A DNA stretch of 60,629 bases from Yoonia sp. (GCA_964230945.1 CAXRJJ010000034.1:1-60629), one strand, 5' to 3'. Shown: positions 26,993 to 35,726, counted from the stretch's first letter. Notes: generated by a model from the sequence alone, not told the origin. Translations and numbers: made by a program.

Positions 26993-27237
26993 GTAGAACC
27001 AAGCGTTTGAGAGGAGCGGTTTACGATTTCCTACATGAGAGGGGAGAAGCCAACACTTCAGAGATTTTTGAACACGTGAACAATAGGTTCCGCTGGGGAG
27101 CGACAATGAACCAATTGGGCAATGTCCTAGCTAGGGACTCACGCTTTACAAAATCGGGATTCGATAATTCGCAAGTTCCAGGTGGTTTTCGAGTAAGAGT
27201 ATGCGTTTGGTCGTTATCTGAAGGTGCCGCAGCATAG
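26989..27237 (+). CDS. Small winged-helix-like DNA-binding protein (putative regulator)
   Basis: The GTG at 26989 overlaps the upstream TGA (GTGA), with GGAGG 9 nt upstream. LRGAVYDFLHERGEANTSEIFEHVNNRF...MNQLGNVLARDSRF looks like a wHTH. The track start (26947) is a TTG. Confidence 0.45.
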   Translation: MSRTKRLRGAVYDFLHERGEANTSEIFEHVNNRFRWGATMNQLGNVLARDSRFTKSGFDNSQVPGGFRVRVCVWSLSEGAAA

Positions 27238-27272
27238 GGACATCCTCAAATCCCGCCCCTCGATGGCTTGTC

Positions 27273-28142
27273 GTGTCGCGAAGACTTCCTGGTTGGGTCG
27301 AACTAACAAGGCCAGGAAACGTGTTGATAGGGGCAGCGACCTGCATCCTTGGTGGATATATGACAGGTTTTGATTCTACAACCTATCTTCCAGTAACTTT
27401 AGCAGGTTTGAGTGTCGCTTCTTTCATGATGGCTGGAAACATTGTCAACGACATAGTTGATAGCACTATAGATGAGAAGGCTCACCCTTATCGGCCTATT
27501 CCCTCAGGAAGAGTAAGTAGTGAGTTTGCCAAACGTTTTGCAGCCTCAACATGGTTGTCATCCCTGTTACTTATGGTGACTTGTAGTATTGTACTGGCGC
27601 AACGTGGAATAACTTGGTGGGGTGTGCCATTAATTTGGAGCATCGCTGCCTTTCTGATGTTCACCTATGACCTTGGATTCTCCAGTAAGAATAGAGGATT
27701 ATTAGGCAATATCTCGATATCTCTCATGGTAGGAGCAGTAATCGTTTTCGGAGCGGCTTCGACAGGTTCATTGGACAGTAAATTGGTTTGGTTTGTTGCT
27801 GCTACTGCATTGCTAATCAATCTCAGCCGTGAGATAATCAAAGATTGTCAGGACCTACATGCCGATGAGGGGAGAGATACTCTTCCTGCATCGATAGGTC
27901 TTGAACGTTCTAGAATGGTTGCCTATGTCATAGCACTTGCAGGTCTTGTGGCTGCTGCCCTCCCATATTACATTGATTTGCTACCAATGCAATGGTTAGC
28001 CCTTCAGATTCCGGCAATATTGTTGATCATTACCACAAATGGTTTGCTTTCTTCAGGCCAAGACCAAAAGGCGCAGAAATCGTTGAGAATAGCGCTTTTG
28101 TTTGGGCTATTAGGATTCGCAACGAGCGTGGCATTATCCTAG
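27273..28142 (+). CDS. UbiA-family prenyltransferase, digeranylgeranylglyceryl-phosphate synthase-like
   Basis: 289 aa, ~8 TM. Asp-rich motif NIVNDIVDSTIDEKAHPYRPIPSG and a second motif REIIKDCQDLHADEG. GTG start. Confidence 0.8.
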   Translation: MSRRLPGWVELTRPGNVLIGAATCILGGYMTGFDSTTYLPVTLAGLSVASFMMAGNIVNDIVDSTIDEKAHPYRPIPSGRVSSEFAKRFAASTWLSSLLLMVTCSIVLAQRGITWWGVPLIWSIAAFLMFTYDLGFSSKNRGLLGNISISLMVGAVIVFGAASTGSLDSKLVWFVAATALLINLSREIIKDCQDLHADEGRDTLPASIGLERSRMVAYVIALAGLVAAALPYYIDLLPMQWLALQIPAILLIITTNGLLSSGQDQKAQKSLRIALLFGLLGFATSVALS

Positions 28143-29092
28143 AGGTCAAGGAACTCTGCCCATGTCTCCCATGCTCCTATGTCGCATAGATAGGTAAGTA
28201 GTGACATCTGGGCCCACATGCGATTTTCTGCCTGATCGAAGACGATAGATTGTGCATGGTCCATCACCTCATCAGTAACTTCTTCTCCGCGATGTGCTGG
28301 TAGGCAGTGCATGAATGACCAATCATCGTCTGCATGCTCCAATAGTTCCATGTTTATCTGGAATCCATCAAAAGCTGCAAACTTATCCTTTTGGTCCTCT
28401 TCGCCCATTGAAACGAATACATCAGCATAGATTATTGTCGCATCCTTGACCGCTTCTTCGGGAACGTTGGTTTGCTTGAGTACAGCACCACTCTTTGAAG
28501 CCAATTCTTCTGCCCTGTTTACAACTTCTTGATTTGGTTCGTAGCCTTCTGGAATGGCCCAAGTGCAGTCTACTCCGAGTATGGCACAGGCCAACATGAG
28601 ATCGTGCAATACGTTATTGCCATCTCCAACCCAAGCAACTCGCGTGTTTTCCAATTTTGGATCTTTTTCCATTATTGTCATCAAATCTGCAGCTGCTTGG
28701 CATGGGTGATGGAGGTCTGAGAGGGCATTGATTACAGGGACAGTAGAATGCTTGGCCAACTCTTCAACATCTGAATGAGCGAAGCAACGGTAGGTTAGTG
28801 CATGCAGATATCTGCTCAGAACTTGCGCAGTATCTCCTACTGTCTCGGATTTTCCTAATTGGATATCACCTTTGAGGAGAGTTAATGGTTGCCCACCTAA
28901 ACGATGAATGCCGGTTTCAAAAGAGACTCTTGTTCTCGTACTTGGTTTCTCATATATTGAACCAATACTAAGTCCGTCTAGGGGCTTGAATTCATCCGCT
29001 AATTCTGTATCTTGCTTGAATGCGATAGCCCAGCGTAGTATTCTATCCAAATCTTCAGCCACGTCATCTATCGCCAACAGGTGTTCTGCCAT
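28139..29092 (-). CDS. argF: Ornithine carbamoyltransferase
   Basis: Motifs STRTRVSFE, HPCQ, DGNNV, FVSMGEE and HCLPAHRGEE. Start placed at the ATG at 29092 (MAEHLLAIDD); the track start at 29128 is a GTG. Confidence 0.9.
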   Translation of the reverse strand: MAEHLLAIDDVAEDLDRILRWAIAFKQDTELADEFKPLDGLSIGSIYEKPSTRTRVSFETGIHRLGGQPLTLLKGDIQLGKSETVGDTAQVLSRYLHALTYRCFAHSDVEELAKHSTVPVINALSDLHHPCQAAADLMTIMEKDPKLENTRVAWVGDGNNVLHDLMLACAILGVDCTWAIPEGYEPNQEVVNRAEELASKSGAVLKQTNVPEEAVKDATIIYADVFVSMGEEDQKDKFAAFDGFQINMELLEHADDDWSFMHCLPAHRGEEVTDEVMDHAQSIVFDQAENRMWAQMSLLTYLCDIGAWETWAEFLDL

Positions 29093-29124
29093 GCACGGCG
29101 CAGGGTGGGCCGATGAAGAACATT

Positions 29125-29952
29125 TCACTCGATGGTGTCTCTCTCATGTTCAATATCGGCGGCGAATCCGTCGCGTGCATCTCCCATGCCGCCAAACAGT
29201 GCTTCTGCAAATGAAAGAATGTCTGCCAGCCCTTCTTCCAGTTCACTAGACATTGGAGTTAATCCTGGTGCTTGAGCAAAATCCTGCAAGAGTCGAAGTT
29301 GGTTGATAGCAAATTCAGTTCTTTGCCCACCTGCTTCATCGTAAAGTGCCATCTCTAGAATCTCTAACCTCTCGCCCCATTCCATAATCATCTCAAGTTC
29401 TCCTTCTTCCAGAAGGTCACATTTGGATAGGAAGTTCTTGGTTGGTAATCCTAGTCTGAACTCCACGATGCTTGAGAGGAGCATCTGAGAGACGAAGCCA
29501 CTTGGGGAACGAGAAAGCATTGGATCAAAAAGATAGATTACTGCAGCTTGTTCTCTACCCAATACCTCAATCATGTGACTAGATGCTTCTCTGAATGCAA
29601 ACAATTCGACCTGCCCTGGTGTGTCAATAATCATGATATCTCCTGACAATCCTTCCAATTCTTCAGCGATATCATGTGCTTGAGCAGCGACTAAATCTGC
29701 AGCGAGTATCTGTGCTCCATTAGGCCCTAGATCATATTCGTCCATTACTTCACTAAGGCTAACTAAATCTCTAACGTCGAATTCAGGGTCATGATGTACT
29801 CTCTCTGCACCAGGATCCAAATTTATGGTAAGGGTGTCTACTTCTAGGAAACGAGCCCATCTTTGGAAAGCTGTGGTAAGGGAACTCTTGCCAGCACCTG
29901 CGGTGCCGACCACGAAAAGCACAGGTGGTAAGGTTGCATCTTGGCCTGCCAT
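29125..29952 (-). CDS. GPN-loop GTPase (archaeal PAB0955-like)
   Basis: P-loop GTAGAGKSSL, GPN motif LGPNGAQI, and IIDTPGQVELF. Confidence 0.85.
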   Translation of the reverse strand: MAGQDATLPPVLFVVGTAGAGKSSLTTAFQRWARFLEVDTLTINLDPGAERVHHDPEFDVRDLVSLSEVMDEYDLGPNGAQILAADLVAAQAHDIAEELEGLSGDIMIIDTPGQVELFAFREASSHMIEVLGREQAAVIYLFDPMLSRSPSGFVSQMLLSSIVEFRLGLPTKNFLSKCDLLEEGELEMIMEWGERLEILEMALYDEAGGQRTEFAINQLRLLQDFAQAPGLTPMSSELEEGLADILSFAEALFGGMGDARDGFAADIEHERDTIE

Positions 29953-30115
29953 GAACTGCCCGATGCTGCATCATTCTTCAATGCTACTAGACATGTGAAC
30001 AGAAGCGCAGAGATGCATTTGCGCTAGATAATTCGAGTCTGTGGCTCGGCAAGCGTTATACGGCGGTCTTCAATGGGCGTGCTACCGCAACCATTTGTGT
30101 TGGAGATGAAAGAAA

Positions 30116-33100
30116 ATGAGCGACGATATGCCCCCTCCGCCCCCCGGACTACCACCAGCCCCTCCAGGTATGGATTCACCACCACCACCACCTGGAATGG
30201 ACCTGCCACCACCCCCACCTGGAATGGATGCGCCACCTATGGATGCTCCACCTGCTCCACCGGGAATGGACCTTCCACCACCACCTGGAATTGACGCACC
30301 ACCTATGGATGCTCCACCTGCTCCGCCGGGAATGGATTTGCCACCTCCCCCTCCAATGGACGCACCACCAGCGCCTCCAGAAATGGACGCACCACCAGCA
30401 CCTCCAGAAATGGATGCTTCAGAGGAATCGGTAGATGCAGACCCATTGTCTATGGATTTGCCTCCTCCTCCTCCAATGGATGCGCCCCCTGCTCCTCCAG
30501 AGATGGATGCACCGCCTGCACCACCCGGACTAGAGGCACCACCACCTCCTCCAATGGATGCGCCACCAGCTCCTCCGGAGATGGACGCACCACTTGCGCC
30601 ACCTGGACTAGAGGCGCCACCACCTCCTCCAATGGATGCGCCCCCTGCTCCTCCAGAGATGGATGATGCACCGCCTGCACCACCCGGACTAGAGGCACCA
30701 CCACCTCCTCCAATGGATGCGCCACCAGCTCCTCCGGAGATGGACGCACCACCTGCACCACCTGGTCTAGATTTGCTAGCAACACCGCCACCGCCACCTC
30801 CAAGCGAAGATCCACTCGCTCCACCTGCACCGCCGGGGGTAGATCTCCTTGCTCCAGCTCCTCCTGAGGATGCTCCTGAACCGCCAAGTGCTGACTTATT
30901 GACCGGCGGCTCTGACGAAGAGGGTACTGAATTTGATGAATCTTCTACTCCATCAGGTGTCCATGCCGGAGGATCTCTGCGAGATATTGGATCCGTTGAT
31001 TCAATACAGGGTGACAAGATATACGCATCACTCAATGAAACTGAAGATGCTCTACTTTCTTGCGATGGAGATATCGTGAAGCAGAATGTAAAGGGTGTAA
31101 TGACGCTCCACAATCCAAGTTCCGAGGACAGGCTATGGGATATCGATGTATTCCTGTCTGGAACCGAATCTACAGATTTCAGTAATGCCCACATGCCAGT
31201 TGATGAGTTGGAACCCGATAGTGACCACAGTGTCGATTACAAAGTGAAGGGCGCAAGAATGTTGGTTATCAGGGAACGCATTGATACAAACCCTTCCCGT
31301 TCTCAAGAGCGCAGTTTATCAGTATCCCATGATAGTGAGGCTACTGCTATTGCTCTTGAGTTGGAAGTTGAGAATGTCTCGAGTGTACAAGTCGATGATG
31401 TAGAAGTAACAAGAGATGTACCTGATGCAATTGAAATCACCACAGGTGGAGATGTCGAAGATGGGGTTCTGACATGGAAGGTTGGAACTCTACAAGCAGG
31501 TGAGACAAGGACCTTGACTTGCGAGGCCAATGTTTTGGTTCAAGATATCAAGCCAGTCAACGCTGGTGTGACCAAAGCCACCTATTCCTCTGATGCAACT
31601 CTCTCTAGTGTGCATTTCACAGAAGTCGATGCCTTCTGTAGAGGATTCTCTTACATGGTTGTTGATGAGGATGAGCGCCCAGACAACTGGCGTTGTCAAG
31701 CGGTGTTCGAGAACCGATCAAGTTTCGCTGTTGACCTTGTTAAACTTCAGGTGAGAGTATCTGGAAGCGACGAATTATTGTTTGATGTAGCGGATGTGTC
31801 AGATGACGTACCTCCACAAGGAAAGTGGGAATCTGAGGTAAAGGAAGTAGCCGCTAATGAGCGCCCAGACTTCACCAATGAATTGGGTTATTCTGTAATA
31901 CCTCGAGTTGAACACAAAACCAACGGTAGCATTGAACTGGAGCCACAGACATTCACCATTTTGGAAGCAGATGTGACCAAGACATATGATGCAGCGACTC
32001 TAAGAAGCTACAGAGAACAGGTTGTCAATTCCTGTATTACCATCAAGAATACTGGTTCCGCTGACATCAATCTGATGCGACTAACCGATGATGTTCCAGG
32101 GTTGTTTTCAAACCCTGATCCAGAGGCGGTTACCATCACAATCGATGGAGATAGGATGAGCCCAGAGCAATTCCGCGTGGAATTGAAGGATGGAGTGACC
32201 CTTGAGGAGTTCCGAAGAAGTCCTGATGGTGATGGTTGCACTATCCAATTGACAATCGGAACTCGCGGCCCTGTTGGCTTGAAACCTAATTCGACTATGG
32301 AAATCAGTTACTCATTGACTGCTCCTGACCCGAGTCCAGATAATGCGGAGATTGCAGCTCCAGCACGTACTGAATTTAGTGCTGAGAGATTTGGACCTGT
32401 CTGTGCCAGAGATGCTGCAGAAGCACCAGTAATCAGAGTCTCACACAAGCGAAGAAAGTTCAGTGCTGGAAAGACAGTAATTCCAGTAGGCGGCAAGGGC
32501 CGTTATGAAGTGATGATCATATTCGAGAACAGATCAGATACTGCGCTACAAGATTTGGTAATTCATGACATCCTCCCTGCAGGATTTGAAATCAAGGATT
32601 GTATTGTACGCGGTGCAGGTAATGAAAAGAGAAGCGATGTTGAAATGAATACTGATTCACAAGAAGATGGTACCAAGGTAGAATGGAATGTTCCAGTCAT
32701 CGCCAAGGATGAGAGATTGGAAGTGTCCTATGAAATCAAGGGAGATGGCGACATCGATGCTGAAGCCATGCAGAAATTCCACGGTGCAACATTTGGTGAC
32801 GAGGTTGAAGATGATTCTTCCTTAGCCAGCCTACCATCCGCTGCTGCTGATTCTTCAGACGATACTGGAGATAGTGAAGCTGATGAAGATAGTTCTGATG
32901 AGGATGCTTCTGCCTTCAGTTGGAATGAGAATGTACTGTCCAAGGTGATGGAGGCTCATGGCATAACAGATAGGGATGCATTTTTGGCCCATGCCATTGG
33001 CTTCGATGCTGATGACAACAACTACCTGAACAAAGGAGAATTGACTGCTGCTGCTGAAGCCTGGAGTGAAGGTGGCGATGAAGAATCAGCCGAAGAAAAT

Positions 33101-33322
33101 GAAGATGATGTAGAGGAGGCTGACGCCGCTGCTTCCGAAGAAGAGACTTCCGAAGAAGAGACTTCAGAAGAGGAGTCTGAGGACGAGGGAGAAGAGGATT
33201 CTGAAAGTGAAGAAGAATCTGCTGCGGATGATGTAACTGATGTATTGGTCTGTGAGATCTGTCAAACAAATAATCCAGCAGGTAGTGCAACCTGCTCGAC
33301 CTGTGGTTTCGTATTCTCTTGA
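30116..33322 (+). CDS. Large signal-peptide-less protein: N-terminal polyproline/PPG tandem array, beta-sandwich (DUF11/CARDB-like) repeats, EF-hand-like loop, poly-acidic region, C-terminal zinc ribbon
   Basis: Starts MSDDMPPPPPGLPPAPPGMD with no hydrophobic leader, and GGAG lies 9 nt upstream. The body has DUF11-like strands (LTWKVGTLQAGETRTLTCEANV; VEWNVPVIAKDERLEVSYEIKG). An EF-hand loop DADDNNYLNKGE is coded at 33005..33040. An E/D/S-rich tract follows, then CEICQTNNPAGSATCSTCG (33251..33319). Confidence 0.75.
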   Translation: MSDDMPPPPPGLPPAPPGMDSPPPPPGMDLPPPPPGMDAPPMDAPPAPPGMDLPPPPGIDAPPMDAPPAPPGMDLPPPPPMDAPPAPPEMDAPPAPPEMDASEESVDADPLSMDLPPPPPMDAPPAPPEMDAPPAPPGLEAPPPPPMDAPPAPPEMDAPLAPPGLEAPPPPPMDAPPAPPEMDDAPPAPPGLEAPPPPPMDAPPAPPEMDAPPAPPGLDLLATPPPPPPSEDPLAPPAPPGVDLLAPAPPEDAPEPPSADLLTGGSDEEGTEFDESSTPSGVHAGGSLRDIGSVDSIQGDKIYASLNETEDALLSCDGDIVKQNVKGVMTLHNPSSEDRLWDIDVFLSGTESTDFSNAHMPVDELEPDSDHSVDYKVKGARMLVIRERIDTNPSRSQERSLSVSHDSEATAIALELEVENVSSVQVDDVEVTRDVPDAIEITTGGDVEDGVLTWKVGTLQAGETRTLTCEANVLVQDIKPVNAGVTKATYSSDATLSSVHFTEVDAFCRGFSYMVVDEDERPDNWRCQAVFENRSSFAVDLVKLQVRVSGSDELLFDVADVSDDVPPQGKWESEVKEVAANERPDFTNELGYSVIPRVEHKTNGSIELEPQTFTILEADVTKTYDAATLRSYREQVVNSCITIKNTGSADINLMRLTDDVPGLFSNPDPEAVTITIDGDRMSPEQFRVELKDGVTLEEFRRSPDGDGCTIQLTIGTRGPVGLKPNSTMEISYSLTAPDPSPDNAEIAAPARTEFSAERFGPVCARDAAEAPVIRVSHKRRKFSAGKTVIPVGGKGRYEVMIIFENRSDTALQDLVIHDILPAGFEIKDCIVRGAGNEKRSDVEMNTDSQEDGTKVEWNVPVIAKDERLEVSYEIKGDGDIDAEAMQKFHGATFGDEVEDDSSLASLPSAAADSSDDTGDSEADEDSSDEDASAFSWNENVLSKVMEAHGITDRDAFLAHAIGFDADDNNYLNKGELTAAAEAWSEGGDEESAEENEDDVEEADAAASEEETSEEETSEEESEDEGEEDSESEEESAADDVTDVLVCEICQTNNPAGSATCSTCGFVFS
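30128..30890 (+). repeat. In-frame proline-rich tandem repeat array (PPAPPGMD / PPPPPMDAPPAPPEMDAPPAPPGLEA units)
   Basis: Degenerate 24-48-nt units run from 30128. Four 78/78/81/78-nt units at 30461..30775 are arranged A-B-A'-B', and A/A' and B/B' are nearly identical at the DNA level. Confidence 0.9.
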
Positions 33323-33328
33323 TTACTG

Positions 33329-34741
33329 CTAGTTCTTGCCCCAAACCGGCCATGCGGATGGCTGATTTTGGTCGGCTACAAGCAGAATAACAGGGATTTC
33401 CAATCCGTCTATGGCTCCCTGAACATTGCTAATATCTACAGGAACTCTTCCTTCTACTTGCAGGTCTACTGCTAGCCAAATACCTGGGTTTTGTTGAGTC
33501 CAAACAGACAGTTCTGCTTTGGCGGCTTCGATACGATCATCGGGCCTCGATTTCAGCAATTCCATTCCCCAGGGTACTTCTCCATATGAGGTAGTCCAGC
33601 ACCAGACTCTCTGTTCCTGTGGAAGTTTGGCTAATTGTGTCAAGGCATTATCTTCACTGGCTACAACCGGTTGTCCTGGTATGGGCATTTCTTGCATTTC
33701 AATGATATTTTCTTCAGAAACATTCTCGTCATCTAGTTCAGGATGCGTTTCAGGTATCTCTTCTGTAGATGTTTCGGGAGTGGTATCGGGAGTTTCAACA
33801 GAAGTTGCACTCTCACCCACTTGGAATGGCAAGTTAACCTGCTCCACTTCTTCTAGCTCCTCATCCTCAATTTCTGTATCAGGTAGGACCTCTGGCTCAG
33901 GAGTTTGTATTGTAGTAGTAGCCAAATCCCAATGATCAGAACTTATCCAAGAATCTGAATCCGTAGTTTCGGGAACTTCCTCAAATGGCTGACTCCATTC
34001 TGCTCTTGATTCGGGAGCATCCAATCCAGATCCAGGCATTGATATCTGTAGTCTGTTATCTGTATCTTCCTCTTCTTCTTCAAGAAGACCCATGCCGAGG
34101 TCTATTGCTTCATGTACGATATCATCTTGTACAATTCCTGCCATCGCTTCTATAGAACCAGGTGGTGCTTGGACAGAAGAGATCGAGGAAGTTGGTTCTG
34201 AATGATTTGAGGCTAGAGATGGAACTTGTTCTGAAACCAATGGTGCGCACATCTCTAGGACCGAATGCAACTCCGTAGAAGTACTACCGCCATCGACGAA
34301 AGCATCCAGCAACCTTTGCCAAGCAACGTCTGCCTTACGTCTAGCAATCAAAGCGCGTCCAATATTGGCTAATGCTTCATTGGACCTGTATGAAATCGCC
34401 ATGCAGCGTTCAAAGGATTTCAAAGCTGCTTTACTCCGGCCGGTAGACAAAGCACAGTTTCCAACTAACATGTGTAGTTCACCGGAGTCCTCGCTTTTTC
34501 GAATCGCCTTTTGCAGATGTGGCAAAGCCGCCTCATATCTTTGCTGTTGAAACAATATACGTCCTAATTTTTCGTGTAATTCACTATTTCTTGGATGCAC
34601 GCGAACAGCCCTTCGCAATTCTGAGATCGCATCATCGTGCAACCCCATTTTGGCCTGCGCCTCGGCCATGGCGATGGTCGCAGAAACCGCATCCATGCTT
34701 TGCAATGAACGTCTCCGGTGAAAAGATGTCGGAGCGAGCAT
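33329..34741 (-). CDS. TPR-repeat protein with long acidic linker and uncharacterised C-terminal domain
   Basis: The N-terminal ~170 aa have TPR-like helices (AISELRRAVRVHPRNSELHEKLGRILFQQQRYEAALPHLQKAI...). The middle is E/D/T/P-rich. No signal peptide. Convergent with the polyproline gene, 6 bp apart. Confidence 0.6.
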   Translation of the reverse strand: MLAPTSFHRRRSLQSMDAVSATIAMAEAQAKMGLHDDAISELRRAVRVHPRNSELHEKLGRILFQQQRYEAALPHLQKAIRKSEDSGELHMLVGNCALSTGRSKAALKSFERCMAISYRSNEALANIGRALIARRKADVAWQRLLDAFVDGGSTSTELHSVLEMCAPLVSEQVPSLASNHSEPTSSISSVQAPPGSIEAMAGIVQDDIVHEAIDLGMGLLEEEEEDTDNRLQISMPGSGLDAPESRAEWSQPFEEVPETTDSDSWISSDHWDLATTTIQTPEPEVLPDTEIEDEELEEVEQVNLPFQVGESATSVETPDTTPETSTEEIPETHPELDDENVSEENIIEMQEMPIPGQPVVASEDNALTQLAKLPQEQRVWCWTTSYGEVPWGMELLKSRPDDRIEAAKAELSVWTQQNPGIWLAVDLQVEGRVPVDISNVQGAIDGLEIPVILLVADQNQPSAWPVWGKN

Positions 34742-34804
34742 CTAGCATTTCCAAGTCAACTCTTCTCAAACAACCTTATGCAGCGTAATCCAACGGAAGT
34801 AAAC

Positions 34805-35722
34805 ATGGCACAGGCTGGAGCAGCACCAGGGCCCCCCGCACCACCGGGTGGTCAGATGATGCTGATGCTGTTCTTCATGCTCCTGATGATGCTCTTGTTG
34901 ATGAATGAGGGATTCCGATCTGGTTTAGCCGACTATGCGGATCCTTTGCTAGCGCCGATACTTCCTGAGGAGAAATGGTTCGTCATCACAGTATTCTTTA
35001 TCGGTACTGCTTCGATGTTGATTAACACCGTTTTGCGCAATCTCTTCATCGATCCAATCAAGCAGGCTCACATCGGTCACCGCATGTCGCAGGTGCGCCG
35101 AATGATGAATGAAGCAACCTTGGCAAGAGACCCAATTCGCAAGGATAAGGCAGCAACCTTGCAACAACAATTGATGCCTGAACAGATGGATGTACAGATG
35201 GGTGGGATGAAACCAATGATGTTCACCTTCATCTTCATCATTGCAATTTTCGCATGGGTCGGTGAGGTTGTTAGCGGATACCGTGTCGATTACGTATCGC
35301 TTCCATGGAAACAACATTGGAACATGAGCACCGGTACCTTCCTGTTCTTTCCAGCTTGGATTTGCGTATACATCTGCATGTCTGCGCCCTTGGGTAGGGC
35401 GGTTGACAGGCACATCAAATTGTTAAGATTCAAATCCCATCCAGTGGTTCTTGCAGGAGAGAAGATACCTGAGCCATATCTGCATCTGATTCAAACCAAA
35501 GAAGGTGTTTCTTCGGGCAGGGGAAGAGGCCGCAATAATCAGCGCAAGACAAGAAGTAAGGCCAAGAGTAAGAAGCAAGTTGGTAAGTTGATACCTACTG
35601 CTATTTCTGCACGTACTCCTCCTCAACAAGGGACTATTTGCCCTGAATGTGATGGGGATGTAGTTGAGAGGGCAGGAAGCGGAGAGTTGCGATGTTCTAT
35701 CTGTCGGCATCAGTGGAAGTGA
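34805..35722 (+). CDS. DUF106 / EMC3-TMCO1-like archaeal YidC/Oxa1-superfamily insertase fused to a basic tail and C-terminal zinc ribbon
   Basis: ATG at 34805. A TM is followed by a Met/Gln-rich amphipathic hairpin (LQQQLMPEQMDVQMGGMKPMMF) and two more TMs. The tail is SSGRGRGRNNQRKTRSKAKSKKQ followed by CPECDG...CSICRHQW. The gene sits directly upstream of cmk-cbf5, as in many archaea. Confidence 0.7.
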   Translation: MAQAGAAPGPPAPPGGQMMLMLFFMLLMMLLLMNEGFRSGLADYADPLLAPILPEEKWFVITVFFIGTASMLINTVLRNLFIDPIKQAHIGHRMSQVRRMMNEATLARDPIRKDKAATLQQQLMPEQMDVQMGGMKPMMFTFIFIIAIFAWVGEVVSGYRVDYVSLPWKQHWNMSTGTFLFFPAWICVYICMSAPLGRAVDRHIKLLRFKSHPVVLAGEKIPEPYLHLIQTKEGVSSGRGRGRNNQRKTRSKAKSKKQVGKLIPTAISARTPPQQGTICPECDGDVVERAGSGELRCSICRHQWK

Positions 35723-35726
35723 TGCA

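Noticed and set aside
29093-29128. GTG start for argF that would overlap the GPN GTPase stop by 4 nt
   Set aside because: The ATG at 29092 gives the canonical OTC N-terminus (MAEHLLAIDD...), and the 12 extra residues are Cys/Ser/Pro-rich and unlike OTCs. It is not fully excluded.
30128-30890. Possible CRISPR array or other non-coding tandem repeat
   Set aside because: The repeats are in frame within a long ORF. Units are contiguous with no unique spacers, and there are no cas genes. It is a coding proline-rich repeat.
30082-31194. 370-aa ORF on the minus strand full of GGAGGAS repeats
   Set aside because: It is the antisense shadow of the polyproline array (CCN codons read as GGN on the other strand). 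It has no independent start context. The plus-strand frame continues into a 1068-aa protein with recognisable domains.
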